The translations under genes were made by a program, and so were the position numbers. The notes beneath the pieces are model-generated. The model saw nothing but the letters and a program-made list of their open reading frames with translations, was not told the DNA's origin and ran no database searches. Shown here piece by piece: positions 19,625-28,977 of a DNA stretch of 55,667 nt. Source of the stretch: a virus. Its lineage: Duplodnaviria > Caudoviricetes. The stretch covers positions 1-55,667 of IMG/VR virus record IMGVR_UViG_3300023171_000315. One strand, given 5' to 3'. The stretch's first letter is position 1. The number at the start of each line of letters is the position of its first letter.

Positions 19625-20718
19625 TATGCTTGAACTGTTTTAGAATCAAGTAAGTAGATTTCATCTACGTTGTTGATTACTGGTAAAACCAAAGCCTGAG
19701 AAGAAGTAAACTCTTTTAATGGATCTACTTTGTGGAATTTAGAAACCAAAATGAAACCGTCAGCGACTTGATAGTCAACTGCTTTATTCTTATGGTTCAT
19801 TTCCGCTAAAGTTCCCCAGGTTAATGTTCCAACCTCTTCAGTAGTTAAGAAAACTACAGCACCTTCAGCCCAAGGCTTGCGATTAGTTTTATTGCCGTCT
19901 TTTTCAGTTTTAACAGTACGATTAACCAAAACTACTTTCCATCCAAATTCACCCATGATGTAGTTCATAGCTTTTTCTCTATTTGGAGTTGGTAAAACGG
20001 AGTTAGTATTAACTGCAATATCCAAAGAGCCTGCGTAAGCTTGCTTGAATTCAGTTGACTTCAACATGTTGTTGAAAGCAAAATCATCCATCATTACAGT
20101 AGTAATGGTATCTCCGTTTGCATCCGCTACACTTTTTACACGATTAAAATCGCTTATAGGTGTTCCACTTGCACCTGCCGACCAAACTACAGCTACACCA
20201 AACTTGTTAGCAGCCTTATAGCCAAAATCTACACGAATACCTAAGCCTACATTTTCTGTATCTGGAATAAGTGTAACGCCAGTTGATAATGCTTGTAAAA
20301 ACATAAACTCAAGACGTTCGTAAATACCAGTAATACATTTTGCAGTATCTTGGAAAAGCTTTTGAACAATTGTAGATTCCTGGCTGCCTGGATTATTTGT
20401 TAGAATATCCAAATCGGTCATTGCTCTCTCGCTCAAAGCTAATTTCATACCCAGCTTTGGGATCTCTCCGTCAGCTTTAGAAATAGCATCACGTTTTTTT
20501 AATGGTAGTGGCGAATCCATCGATACAACATCAGCTGCAACCGCTGCACCATCTACGTTAATTGAATTCCATTTTAGAGTTGGAGAATACTCTTTGCGCA
20601 ACATCGTCTTATGCAGATATGTTAACGGTGTTTTTGTGCCGTTGATTTTCTCAACAACCTTCGCAACTAAGGGCTTGAAATACTTCGCAACCCATGCGGT
20701 AAATAATGTAGGTTCCAT
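19624..20718 (-). CDS. Major capsid protein (lambda gpE-like)
   Basis: AADVVSMDSPLPLKKR, GEIPKLGMK and RLEFMFLQALSTG motifs; 364 aa. Confidence 0.88.
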   Translation of the reverse strand: MEPTLFTAWVAKYFKPLVAKVVEKINGTKTPLTYLHKTMLRKEYSPTLKWNSINVDGAAVAADVVSMDSPLPLKKRDAISKADGEIPKLGMKLALSERAMTDLDILTNNPGSQESTIVQKLFQDTAKCITGIYERLEFMFLQALSTGVTLIPDTENVGLGIRVDFGYKAANKFGVAVVWSAGASGTPISDFNRVKSVADANGDTITTVMMDDFAFNNMLKSTEFKQAYAGSLDIAVNTNSVLPTPNREKAMNYIMGEFGWKVVLVNRTVKTEKDGNKTNRKPWAEGAVVFLTTEEVGTLTWGTLAEMNHKNKAVDYQVADGFILVSKFHKVDPLKEFTSSQALVLPVINNVDEIYLLDSKTVQA

Positions 20719-20720
20719 AA

Positions 20721-21122
20721 TTAATCTGCTCTATAAATCATTAAGGGTTGAGCAGTTTTAACTGCCGATAATACTGAAGTAATGGTATATTTTTGCGCAT
20801 TAGGGTTTACCGTTCCCCTATCCATTAGTCCTACGAATGGCTTAGTCTTCAATACTGAAGCTTGAGTTACGTATGGAGAAATGCTATGATTTGCAGGTAA
20901 CGTTCCATAAGCAGAACCCGATACTGGGAATGGCTTAAGATTTCCTGTGGCCGTCTCTTGAATTACAACATGACCACCTGGAATAATATCCGGTGTCCAG
21001 TCTGTAACATCCAAAGTAGCACCACCAGGTTTACCGCTGATATATTCAACAATTACAATAGAATCGTTACCGGTATCCAATGCTGTTGAATCGTTTGCTA
21101 AATTTCCGATTGCTGTTGACAT
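20721..21122 (-). CDS. Head decoration protein
   Basis: Between scaffold and capsid genes; PGGATLDV motif. Confidence 0.65.
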   Translation of the reverse strand: MSTAIGNLANDSTALDTGNDSIVIVEYISGKPGGATLDVTDWTPDIIPGGHVVIQETATGNLKPFPVSGSAYGTLPANHSISPYVTQASVLKTKPFVGLMDRGTVNPNAQKYTITSVLSAVKTAQPLMIYRAD

Positions 21123-21142
21123 TTGTCTTTTTGTTTAAATAA

Positions 21143-21820
21143 TTAAAGGATTACATCTACTACCGCATCAACTTCTGCTGCTGTAGCTTCTTTTTTACCT
21201 CCTGCCGGAGTAAATACACCTCCCGCTGGTCTGTCTCCGCCTAGTGCACCGTTAGCGTTTTCCTGAATCAAAACCTTATAGCTTTCAGCCTTTCCTTCTT
21301 TCCATGTGTTGAAATGTTCATCATCATTGAAATTTAAAAGGTCGAAGTCTGCTAGCTTATCAGCTTTTAATACTTCAGGCAAACCTTCCAATGTTTTAGC
21401 GTATTGTTCCCTACGGGTATTTGCCACTTTCTCGCCATTAATGGCCGCGATCTGATCTGTCAAAGCTTTTGTTGATGCTGCTTGGGCTTCCAATAAGGGT
21501 TTCAGCCATGCTGGTGCATCTTCTGGTAAATCAACTTTACCTTCTTTTGCGCCCTTTTCAGCAGCTTCTTTGTCTGCTTTTTCTTTATCATCAGCAATCT
21601 TCTTTGCTTTGGCTCTTTCGTGATCATCTAATGAAGCTATATCCTTGAAAGGAGTTAGTTCGTTAATGGCATCAAGGTTTGCATCAATTGAGGTGTCGTC
21701 CGATTCGTCCGTTAATCCTTTTTTTGCACGAGCAACAATTGCATCGATTCTTGTTTTTGATAGGTTCACTCCTGCTGCTTTCGCTTTCAGTCGTGCTGCG
21801 ATCTTTTCTTCAAGTGTCAT
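21143..21820 (-). CDS. Capsid scaffolding protein
   Basis: Charged, helical, PAW motif, upstream of decoration and capsid genes. Confidence 0.7.
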   Translation of the reverse strand: MTLEEKIAARLKAKAAGVNLSKTRIDAIVARAKKGLTDESDDTSIDANLDAINELTPFKDIASLDDHERAKAKKIADDKEKADKEAAEKGAKEGKVDLPEDAPAWLKPLLEAQAASTKALTDQIAAINGEKVANTRREQYAKTLEGLPEVLKADKLADFDLLNFNDDEHFNTWKEGKAESYKVLIQENANGALGGDRPAGGVFTPAGGKKEATAAEVDAVVDVIL

Positions 21821-22013
21821 AAAATGTGTTTTTGGGTTTTGCTAAGTTGCATCCGTTAATTACTCGTCCTACACCTTGCGGTTAATTCTCGCCTTTAAGC
21901 GATATGAACCCAAAAATACCCCTACCCTTTCGCCTGCTAAACTTTGTAGGCTTACCAACGGCACCTAGTAAATTAAATTTGGTTTTACTAATATTATTAG
22001 CAAGATTTGTATA

Positions 22014-22244
22014 ATGAACCACCATGACTTTAAATTCAAGGCACAGTTTGTTGATGAGGTAATCGATTGTCGGCTTCAATTGTATTGGCCAGACAATTAC
22101 TATCTGTTTCTCGATAACCACTTGAATGGAATATTAATGAAGCGATCTGATTCTTGGACTTTTACACCAACTGGTACTCAAGAATATAACTCAGATGATA
22201 TTTTAATACTTGCAGAAATGGTCAAAACTAATTTCAACTACTAA
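22014..22244 (+). CDS. Small hypothetical protein (paralogue 1)
   Basis: YYLFLDNHLNGILMKRSDSW pattern shared with the next two ORFs. Confidence 0.55.
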   Translation: MNHHDFKFKAQFVDEVIDCRLQLYWPDNYYLFLDNHLNGILMKRSDSWTFTPTGTQEYNSDDILILAEMVKTNFNY

Positions 22245-22257
22245 TGTTATAAAAAAC

Positions 22258-22701
22258 ATGAATACACAGGAGTTTACAATGTACCACTCAGATGGAACCG
22301 TGAAGGTTAAACTTGAGCAGGAAGATGAAGTTTTCTTTGTTTCCATCAATGATGATTTTTTGGGTTCAATGGAAATGGTCACGAATGCTGATGTTGATTT
22401 CACAACTGATGATCCTAAGTTGCAGGAGTATGTTGAGGGCATATCGATGTATCTGCGCAATGACCAGGCTAAAATGAAACTGGGTGAAAAGCTTATGGAA
22501 AGGTACTCACCTAACCTGGTCACTTATCAGTACATGAATGATGATGTATTAGAATTGGTTGCACATCCAGAGTCTGACATTGAAGAATTTGGCAATGCAA
22601 TTCGTGATTTAATATATGATGATGTAGAATTTGAATCTAAACTAAGCGTTGTATTGAGCAAGGAAGGAAGTGGTAAAACTTTTCATTTTGATATAAATTA
22701 A
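22258..22701 (+). CDS. Acidic hypothetical protein (paralogue 2)
   Basis: FFVSINDDFLGSM pattern; likely start MNTQEF. Confidence 0.6.
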   Translation: MNTQEFTMYHSDGTVKVKLEQEDEVFFVSINDDFLGSMEMVTNADVDFTTDDPKLQEYVEGISMYLRNDQAKMKLGEKLMERYSPNLVTYQYMNDDVLELVAHPESDIEEFGNAIRDLIYDDVEFESKLSVVLSKEGSGKTFHFDIN

Positions 22702-22735
22702 GATGCTAAAACTAAGATACAATCTAAAGCATCCA

Positions 22736-22921
22736 ATGCGAACAGACTTTCACTATCAAATATTTCAAATTAAACCAGGGGAACCTTACCAATTTTTCTT
22801 CAATGACAATAGGATTGGCAGCATTGAAAAGGTTGATGGCAAATGGGAACAAATTAGCGGAAGGCAGACACTCGATTCTATAGTTGAAGACATGGGTAAA
22901 TTTATTGAGCAAAATTCGTAA
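22736..22921 (+). CDS. Small hypothetical protein (paralogue 3)
   Basis: YQFFFNDNRIGSIEKVDGKW pattern; start may instead be 22703. Confidence 0.55.
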   Translation: MRTDFHYQIFQIKPGEPYQFFFNDNRIGSIEKVDGKWEQISGRQTLDSIVEDMGKFIEQNS

Positions 22922-22929
22922 ATTAGTTT

Positions 22930-23655
22930 ATGTGTTATACTGCAACCCAAGTGGTAAAAGCTTACGAACTACAAAGCTTTTATACTGCAACCATACCAGA
23001 GCAACTACCAGATTCTGAATATTACAAGGCTGATGGATTTACTCATCCATCATTGATCGTATTGAATGGCGATCGAGAATTGAAACTTATGCAATGGGGA
23101 TTAATTCCAATTTGGGCAAAAGCTGATGCGGCGGCAAAACTTTCTAACAGCACATTAAACGCAAAATCTGAGACCGTAAGAACCCTACCATCCTTCAAGG
23201 GAAGCATTGGTAAAAACCGTTGCATTATACCAGTGAATTCATTTTTCGAGTACAAACACGTCGATAGAGATAAACTTCCATACTGCATCCATCCAAAAGA
23301 GCAGCCATTCTTTAATTTAGCTGGAATATACTCTAACTACAAACAACCTGATGGGAATTGGATAAGCACTTTTAGCATTCTTACACAACCAGCAAATGTG
23401 TTTATGGCTGATATCCACAATTCAGCCAAAAGAATGCCGATGATGCTGTCAAATAATCTTATTGATGATTGGATCAATCCTAACTCCCCTTCAAGCCTGA
23501 TCGATGATATTATGCAATTTGCTTGCGATGATTCGAGTCTAGCAGCATATAGAGTAAGAAGAGATTTAAAGAAAGCGCCTAACGATTCTTCGGTTCTATT
23601 AGGTGTGAGTGAGCAACCAGAAATACCGAGTAATGATAATTTATTTACTTTATGA
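22930..23655 (+). CDS. SOS response-associated peptidase (SRAP/YedK/HMCES family)
   Basis: N-terminal MC; MQWGLIP, NAKSET, RCIIP...FFEY and IHN..RMP motifs. Confidence 0.92.
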   Translation: MCYTATQVVKAYELQSFYTATIPEQLPDSEYYKADGFTHPSLIVLNGDRELKLMQWGLIPIWAKADAAAKLSNSTLNAKSETVRTLPSFKGSIGKNRCIIPVNSFFEYKHVDRDKLPYCIHPKEQPFFNLAGIYSNYKQPDGNWISTFSILTQPANVFMADIHNSAKRMPMMLSNNLIDDWINPNSPSSLIDDIMQFACDDSSLAAYRVRRDLKKAPNDSSVLLGVSEQPEIPSNDNLFTL

Positions 23656-23656
23656 T

Positions 23657-24052
23657 ATGGGATTAGAAGAAAATCGTGAAGAATGGGAAGAAAAGCGCAA
23701 TCCTTACACCAAACAGTTACTAGCTAATTTACAGGAAAGATATCCTGATGCTGATATTCAACTTAACGCTGGAACCATCTTTTTGAATAAAGCTGGTGAT
23801 CCTGAAAAGGATATTAAACAATGGCTATACAACATCTTGGAAAGTTTACCAGAGATCCCACATCAAATTGAGCGTGTACAATTTGTTATTTATGAGAATG
23901 GGGAAATGCGTGTACCAATAATCATAAATCCAGCAGAAGAAGATGCTTATGCTATTCAAAATGCAATTGACCGAAAGCTGCATTTCTCAGGTGGATCTAG
24001 TTATTTAAAAGCTTTACCACTTAATAATGAATACTATAACAAGAAAATTTAA
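23657..24052 (+). CDS. Hypothetical protein
   Basis: ORF starting just after the SRAP stop. Confidence 0.55.
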   Translation: MGLEENREEWEEKRNPYTKQLLANLQERYPDADIQLNAGTIFLNKAGDPEKDIKQWLYNILESLPEIPHQIERVQFVIYENGEMRVPIIINPAEEDAYAIQNAIDRKLHFSGGSSYLKALPLNNEYYNKKI

Positions 24053-24116
24053 CTTTCTGAATGTTCAATATCGGATGAAAAGCCGATAAGTCAAAATATC
24101 GGGTAATTAGCCGATA

Positions 24117-24326
24117 TTACATGTTGCTCTCGATTACCAACTTCATCGCTTTTAATCTCCATAATAGCGGCTGATTTACCCGACTATCTGGATTGGCCTT
24201 TAAAGGCGCTAAATGCGATTCCAAGAAATGAGCGTAATCATTAACTTTCGTTGCGGCATCTAAATAAACTGGCATATCTGGCTTAGGCGCGTTTCTAAAC
24301 CATTCTTCTAACTCTTGGATATTCAT
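24117..24326 (-). CDS. Small hypothetical protein (DUF6965-like)
   Basis: ELEEWF...P...LD...FLESH pattern. Confidence 0.55.
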   Translation of the reverse strand: MNIQELEEWFRNAPKPDMPVYLDAATKVNDYAHFLESHLAPLKANPDSRVNQPLLWRLKAMKLVIESNM

Positions 24327-24376
24327 GGTGCGAAAGTAAGTTAAAACTATTTGCGTTTACTTGATGTTTTATCAAC

Positions 24377-24565
24377 ATGGACGATAAATTGAAACAAGAT
24401 GGTCGTGACGATGCTAAAGTAGATTTGAACGACCCAAATGAAGTGAGTTATGCAGCTCAGCAAGCTGGAGTAAGTACTCAAGAATATAAGGAATATGCTA
24501 AAGCATCTGGAAGCTCAAGCAGAAAGGTAATTGCTGATTATATTGTTAAACAGAAAGGTAAATAA
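24377..24565 (+). CDS. DUF3606-like small protein
   Basis: MDDK...D...V...EV.Y...GVS...G.S pattern. Confidence 0.6.
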   Translation: MDDKLKQDGRDDAKVDLNDPNEVSYAAQQAGVSTQEYKEYAKASGSSSRKVIADYIVKQKGK

Positions 24566-24945
24566 TGCCACGTCGTAAAAAATTTAATATTAATCTTGAT
24601 GGGATCGCAGAAAAACTTGGAGCGGAAGTTTACAATGAATCGTCTGGGTTCATTTGCTTACTTCCTGCAGATGTGCGTGAAAGTGTACTTGGTCGGGGCG
24701 ATAGCGTCGCGGAAGCTGTAAACAATTGGGATGCTAAGCTTAAAGCGCATTTGCGCAATGCTGGCCCTGATGATCCAGTTGTTGAGTTTGTCAGAGCGCA
24801 TTTGAACACAGAGCAAAAAGTTGATACGCTCATGCCTGTCATCCCCAAAGTTCGTAAGCAGGTTACCTGGTCAGACGATAACAAACCCTCTCATGTAATT
24901 GAGTGGGAAAATCAGTTTTATCCATACAAAGGGAAAACTACCTAA
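24565..24945 (+). CDS. Hypothetical protein
   Basis: TAATG coupling to the previous gene. Confidence 0.55.
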   Translation: MPRRKKFNINLDGIAEKLGAEVYNESSGFICLLPADVRESVLGRGDSVAEAVNNWDAKLKAHLRNAGPDDPVVEFVRAHLNTEQKVDTLMPVIPKVRKQVTWSDDNKPSHVIEWENQFYPYKGKTT

Positions 24946-25071
24946 TTGCATGCGGGAAGACTAAGATAATCGCCAGTAATGAAATTTGTTCTTTTTTAAA
25001 ACATTTATAACCTTACCGTGTTCTTATACCATCATCCACCTATGATGATTCATACTTTGGTTAGTTTGGTT

Positions 25072-25101
25072 AAAAAGCCCTCAATTATTTGAAGGCTTTT
25101 T
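25072..25101. terminator. Bidirectional terminator
   Basis: AAAAAGCC...GGCTTTTT between convergent gene blocks. Confidence 0.65.
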
Positions 25102-25494
25102 TTATTTCCTCCTTTTCCTAATTACAAATATACCTAACGTTGCAATCGATGCTAAAAGTGCCGGCGTAAAGTCATCTAAATCGCAGGGAATGTTTGTAAA
25201 AGTATATAATGTATTTAAAATCCCACAATCGGTTCCTATACAACAAGCCGTGACTGGGGACTTTTGTGCGACCACGGTAAATCTAGGACATATTGATGTA
25301 TTGCTTGTAAAAGTGGAAAATGGCGATGTATCATATCGTGGCTTACTAGTGTTTCCTGTCCCAACACCAAAACCATTTCTTTGATAGTATATTTGAGATC
25401 CCAACGCATTAGCACATCCATCCATCACTTGAGCATTCAGTACTGAGTGATTGATCATAAATATTGTACTAATTAATAATAGAGACTTTCTCAT
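25102..25494 (-). CDS. Secreted Cys-containing protein with a C-terminal sorting-signal-like tail (PID-CTERM-like)
   Basis: Signal peptide; six Cys; C-terminal DLDD, TM helix, then RKRRK. Confidence 0.55.
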   Translation of the reverse strand: MRKSLLLISTIFMINHSVLNAQVMDGCANALGSQIYYQRNGFGVGTGNTSKPRYDTSPFSTFTSNTSICPRFTVVAQKSPVTACCIGTDCGILNTLYTFTNIPCDLDDFTPALLASIATLGIFVIRKRRK

Positions 25495-25832
25495 TAGTGC
25501 AATTAGTTGTTAAAAAACTAATTTCACTATAAATCAAGTATTTACCTCTGTTCACTTTGTTCAAGTTGGACAGCTAAATACTTATTATCGATAATGCTTT
25601 CATAAAAATTAATTTTTCCCTATCTTGTTGTATGTCAAATAATTTTAAAGAATCAATCAAGCCTTTAGTCGAAATTATTCTACTGATTGCCTTAATATTC
25701 ATTCTTAGCTGTATTTTTGGCCCAGAGTATTTGTTGTTCTCGAGGCAGTTGTAAGGCTTTCTACCACCTCAACCCCGCTATGGGGTAGCGAGGCTTTGGG
25801 AAGAAGGTGGACGTTATCCCTATTGCGTATTT

Positions 25833-26147
25833 TTATATCCCAACTTGTTTAAGGGTTAATTGAATCGTACCAACCTTTTTCGCTCCCTGCTCCATCAGGA
25901 ACACTGGGAACTTATCATCAGTACTCCAAACGATATCTTCCCATCTGGAGTAAGGATTACTATTCTGGGCATAATAAAACTTACCCTTATAATCCATTAC
26001 GTAGTAATACATGATGTTAGGCTCTTTAATGTTATGATCATTGATAAAGGTTGTGTAAACAGTAGCCTGAACCGTTGCAGGTTCGCTTATTTTAGTGCAT
26101 CCTGCTGCAACTATAGCAAGCAGGATGATTAGTAAAAGTTTTTTCAT
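25833..26147 (-). CDS. Lipoprotein
   Basis: MKKLLLIILLAIVAAGC lipobox. Confidence 0.65.
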   Translation of the reverse strand: MKKLLLIILLAIVAAGCTKISEPATVQATVYTTFINDHNIKEPNIMYYYVMDYKGKFYYAQNSNPYSRWEDIVWSTDDKFPVFLMEQGAKKVGTIQLTLKQVGI

Positions 26148-26178
26148 AATATTTTTAATTTACTTGCCCGACATTGGG

Positions 26179-26607
26179 CTAACATCCTTGCTCTTTAAAA
26201 TATTCCCGGAAATCCTGCCATTGCTTGTTAATCCAGAAACCCCAATACCTCACATATTTGAATCGAATTACCAGTGTGAAAGCAGGCTTGTTGTTAAGTA
26301 GTTCTACTCTATGTGTATGGGTCGCTTTACGAAAAATAATCATGCCTGGATAAATTCTTTTGGTTACACGCTCAGTTAAGTTCATAAATCCGTACTTTGA
26401 TTTCGCAAAAGTCACTTCATTATATCCTCGCCACAATATTAAACTTATGAATGACCACGGATGATCATGCAAATCATCAGCATCACTCCTGTGGAACTTA
26501 TGGAAGTAAATAGCAAACTTTTCACGTTTGAGTAAAATCCATCTGGTCAAATAAGGCTGATCATAATCCCCTCGGGCTTCACAACCATGAATAATTAGCT
26601 TTTTCAC
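26179..26607 (-). CDS. Cupin-fold phage protein
   Basis: LHDHPW...GY.E and HRVEL motifs. Confidence 0.7.
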   Translation of the reverse strand: MKKLIIHGCEARGDYDQPYLTRWILLKREKFAIYFHKFHRSDADDLHDHPWSFISLILWRGYNEVTFAKSKYGFMNLTERVTKRIYPGMIIFRKATHTHRVELLNNKPAFTLVIRFKYVRYWGFWINKQWQDFREYFKEQGC

Positions 26608-26804
26608 TGCTCCCCCACTGGTTTTTCGTAATGGTAATCCTTAACGCTGAAAGGCTTGCCTTCAACATCTTTAAGGAACAGCCCAATACGTTCGCCCCAA
26701 ACCATACCTGTTTCTTTTTGAAATGCTTTCGCTATTTCTGCGCCTTCCTGAAGCAAAACCTTCAGTCGCTTATTCTCTCTCTCTAAAATTGCTGTTTGTG
26801 TCAT
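26604..26804 (-). CDS. Hypothetical protein
   Basis: Short ORF coupled within the operon. Confidence 0.5.
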   Translation of the reverse strand: MTQTAILERENKRLKVLLQEGAEIAKAFQKETGMVWGERIGLFLKDVEGKPFSVKDYHYEKPVGEQ

Positions 26805-26805
26805 G

Positions 26806-27144
26806 TTAAGCAGCCCTCCTATTCAATTTCGCATTATGCGAATACCTCAACCTGTTTGATTTATTCTTACGGGACTTACCAGTACCGAAACGCAAACCGT
26901 ATTCTTTTGGGCTTAGTCCAGCATCCTTAAATAAAAAAGGATTGAAGTCCAAACCACCATAAGCATTTACATTGATTGCTTCTTTTGATTTACGGTATTC
27001 ACGGGTTGCTTTCATTTCGCCAGTAGTGCGAACGTTTGCTTGTGCAGTTAATGGTTGAGTAGCTTGCGCGCTTCCCATTAATCCAGCTAATGCCATAGCG
27101 AACCCTGCGCCAATTAGCCCAAATCTGTTATTATTTCTTCTCAT
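26806..27144 (-). CDS. Hypothetical basic protein with an N-terminal hydrophobic segment
   Basis: ORF in the operon. Confidence 0.5.
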   Translation of the reverse strand: MRRNNNRFGLIGAGFAMALAGLMGSAQATQPLTAQANVRTTGEMKATREYRKSKEAINVNAYGGLDFNPFLFKDAGLSPKEYGLRFGTGKSRKNKSNRLRYSHNAKLNRRAA

Positions 27145-27314
27145 ATTATTTGTTGTTATTGATTATGCTACAAAGTCATTCCTTGATCTTTGCTGCGTTT
27201 AATTTTATTTTTATTCTTGTGTTTGGCGAGCGATTTACTTGCACCTGCGAAACCAATGATGGATAATCCAATTAGGACTATTCCGAATGCGATGAATGTT
27301 GGCGTGATCATGAT

Positions 27315-27566
27315 TTAGCCCCCCTCAGGTAGATTTAAATTTTTAAGCATCCTGATGCAAGTAGCAGCAGTATGTATTAATTCGGTTTTCACCTCGTTGA
27401 TATGCCCGTCTTCCATTTCGTATTGAACGGCGGCCCTCATTGCCTCACCACTTTCTTCGGTGACGATAGCCATTCCATAAACCATATCCTCTGGCCAGTT
27501 TGGATGTTTCGATTCAGCTCTTTTAACCTCATTGAGGATTAAGCTTACTGCAAATTCATTTGTCAT
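27315..27566 (-). CDS. MazG-like nucleotide pyrophosphohydrolase-fold protein
   Basis: EESGE...ELIHTAA acidic helical motif. Confidence 0.55.
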   Translation of the reverse strand: MTNEFAVSLILNEVKRAESKHPNWPEDMVYGMAIVTEESGEAMRAAVQYEMEDGHINEVKTELIHTAATCIRMLKNLNLPEGG

Positions 27567-27661
27567 ATACTTTTGGCTTTAAGTTAAATAAGCTATTAGT
27601 GCAAGCGCTGCCCACACTAGACAGTGCTTTAAGTTTGTAAGTGTGGACTGCTCTAGCCTCA

Positions 27662-28061
27662 TTATTCTTGATCCTCTTTAGGCAACGTGAATGTTGTTTT
27701 GAATAAATCGAAGAATACATTTTCACATAAGTGTTTGCATATTTCTTTAGTGGGAAATACTCGGCGGGAACCGACATGCGAGAAGGCGATGTCGTAGTAG
27801 TAGTCGATAGACGAGAACCCAGAACCCGAACTTGGCGATAAGTCAAACCAAGGGTAATATTTACGCTGATCCCAATCAGTCCAATCAATTGTTTTGCCTT
27901 CAGATAGCCAAGAAGCTTTGCTTATCATCCAAATCTTAAATTCAGCAATGGCAAGCTGCTTTATCAGCTTCGTCATATGCTGATGTATCTGGTAATAAAT
28001 TCGGATCTCTACCCAAAATTTTGCAAATGTCCTCCCATGAGGTTACGTCTAAAATTTTCAT
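27662..28061 (-). pseudogene. DGR target 3 (remote), interrupted by one extra base near 27953
   Basis: ATG at 28061 gives MKILDVTSWEDICKILGRDP... (similar to target 1 IKTYEDICKIDNVDP) and stops at 27942. Removing one base joins it to ...AIAEFKIW...KYYPWF plus the VR, giving 132 aa. Confidence 0.8.
27763..27831 (-). repeat. DGR variable repeat VR3
   Basis: 69-nt ungapped match to TR with 14 mismatches, all at TR adenines. Confidence 0.92.
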
Positions 28062-28534
28062 ATATTCTATTTTTTAATTGGTGTCAATCAAATGTTGGCA
28101 GGTGTAAAAAAAGTACGCTGAGGAACCACTCTCAACGTACTAACCTAAACCAACTAAACTGCGCCTTACACGCTTTACCTTTGCCTCATCCTATCGGATT
28201 GCCCAGCGAATGGGGACTTTTAATTCGGTACGGGGCTCCCCTGCTACTAGTTATCAGATTTCGTATGTAATTCGACTGTCCCTCTTTATTAAGCTTCTCA
28301 AACAGTGTCGAAGCAGCTACGTATTTAGCGCGTTATCCTTTCCGAATCGTACTCAGCCTCACTCATGATTATGGCCTCCCTTACATACTAATTTCATCAA
28401 ACCAAAGAACCCCTATCTTGATGCATTTCTTTCGCCATGCATTGGCATTTGGTGCGGACTATTGGCACCCGAATTACCCTTACTCTAGTTAGGGCTTCAA
28501 TACATCGTTTCTAAATGTACTCGTCCAGTCCATG

Positions 28535-28734
28535 TGAACAGACCCCGACTTGAACGGGGATGATACCTTTGTCTGAGTGTTCTTTTAGATTAATTAATTC
28601 TGAAGGGATATCTCCCAACATTTTCATCAATCGCCTTTACGTAGATCCCAAGCTTCTCTGGCTGTCGCATTACGCTTTGAATAGGAGGTATCACGTGTAT
28701 AAACTCTAGCGTCTACCAATTCCGCCATCTGTTC
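28535..28734 (-). ncRNA. tRNA-like element (Leu-type D arm) with a large internal insert
   Basis: Acceptor GAACAGA/TCTGTTC plus A, D arm GCG-GAATTGGTAGA-CGC, T arm CCCCG-TTCAAGT-CGGGG; no canonical anticodon arm. Confidence 0.6.
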
Positions 28735-28921
28735 AATAATAACAAACCTTCTACCTCTGAACCATACTTGCGCTGTGTAACTATGTCGGGCATCTTAACC
28801 TGATTCGGCAGGTTTGTTAACGCCAAAGCCACGACTTGTTTCAGATCGTGGCGACTTTCCCATGTTGCAGGGCTTGATTCAAATAACGTTGAGCGATTTG
28901 CTTATACAATAATACAAACAA

Positions 28922-28946
28922 TATTCAATATATGCAATATTGCATA
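28922..28946 (-). promoter_or_regulatory. Operator/promoter motif A, copy 1
   Basis: TATTCAATA-TATGCA-ATAT-TGCATA. Confidence 0.7.
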
Positions 28947-28977
28947 ATAATTATTTTCACTTTGGCTCAAATGGCCA

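Noticed and set aside
27977-28270. Plus-strand 97-aa ORF and the many other antisense ORFs in the track
   Set aside because: They lie opposite better-supported genes or structured regions and show no recognisable motifs.
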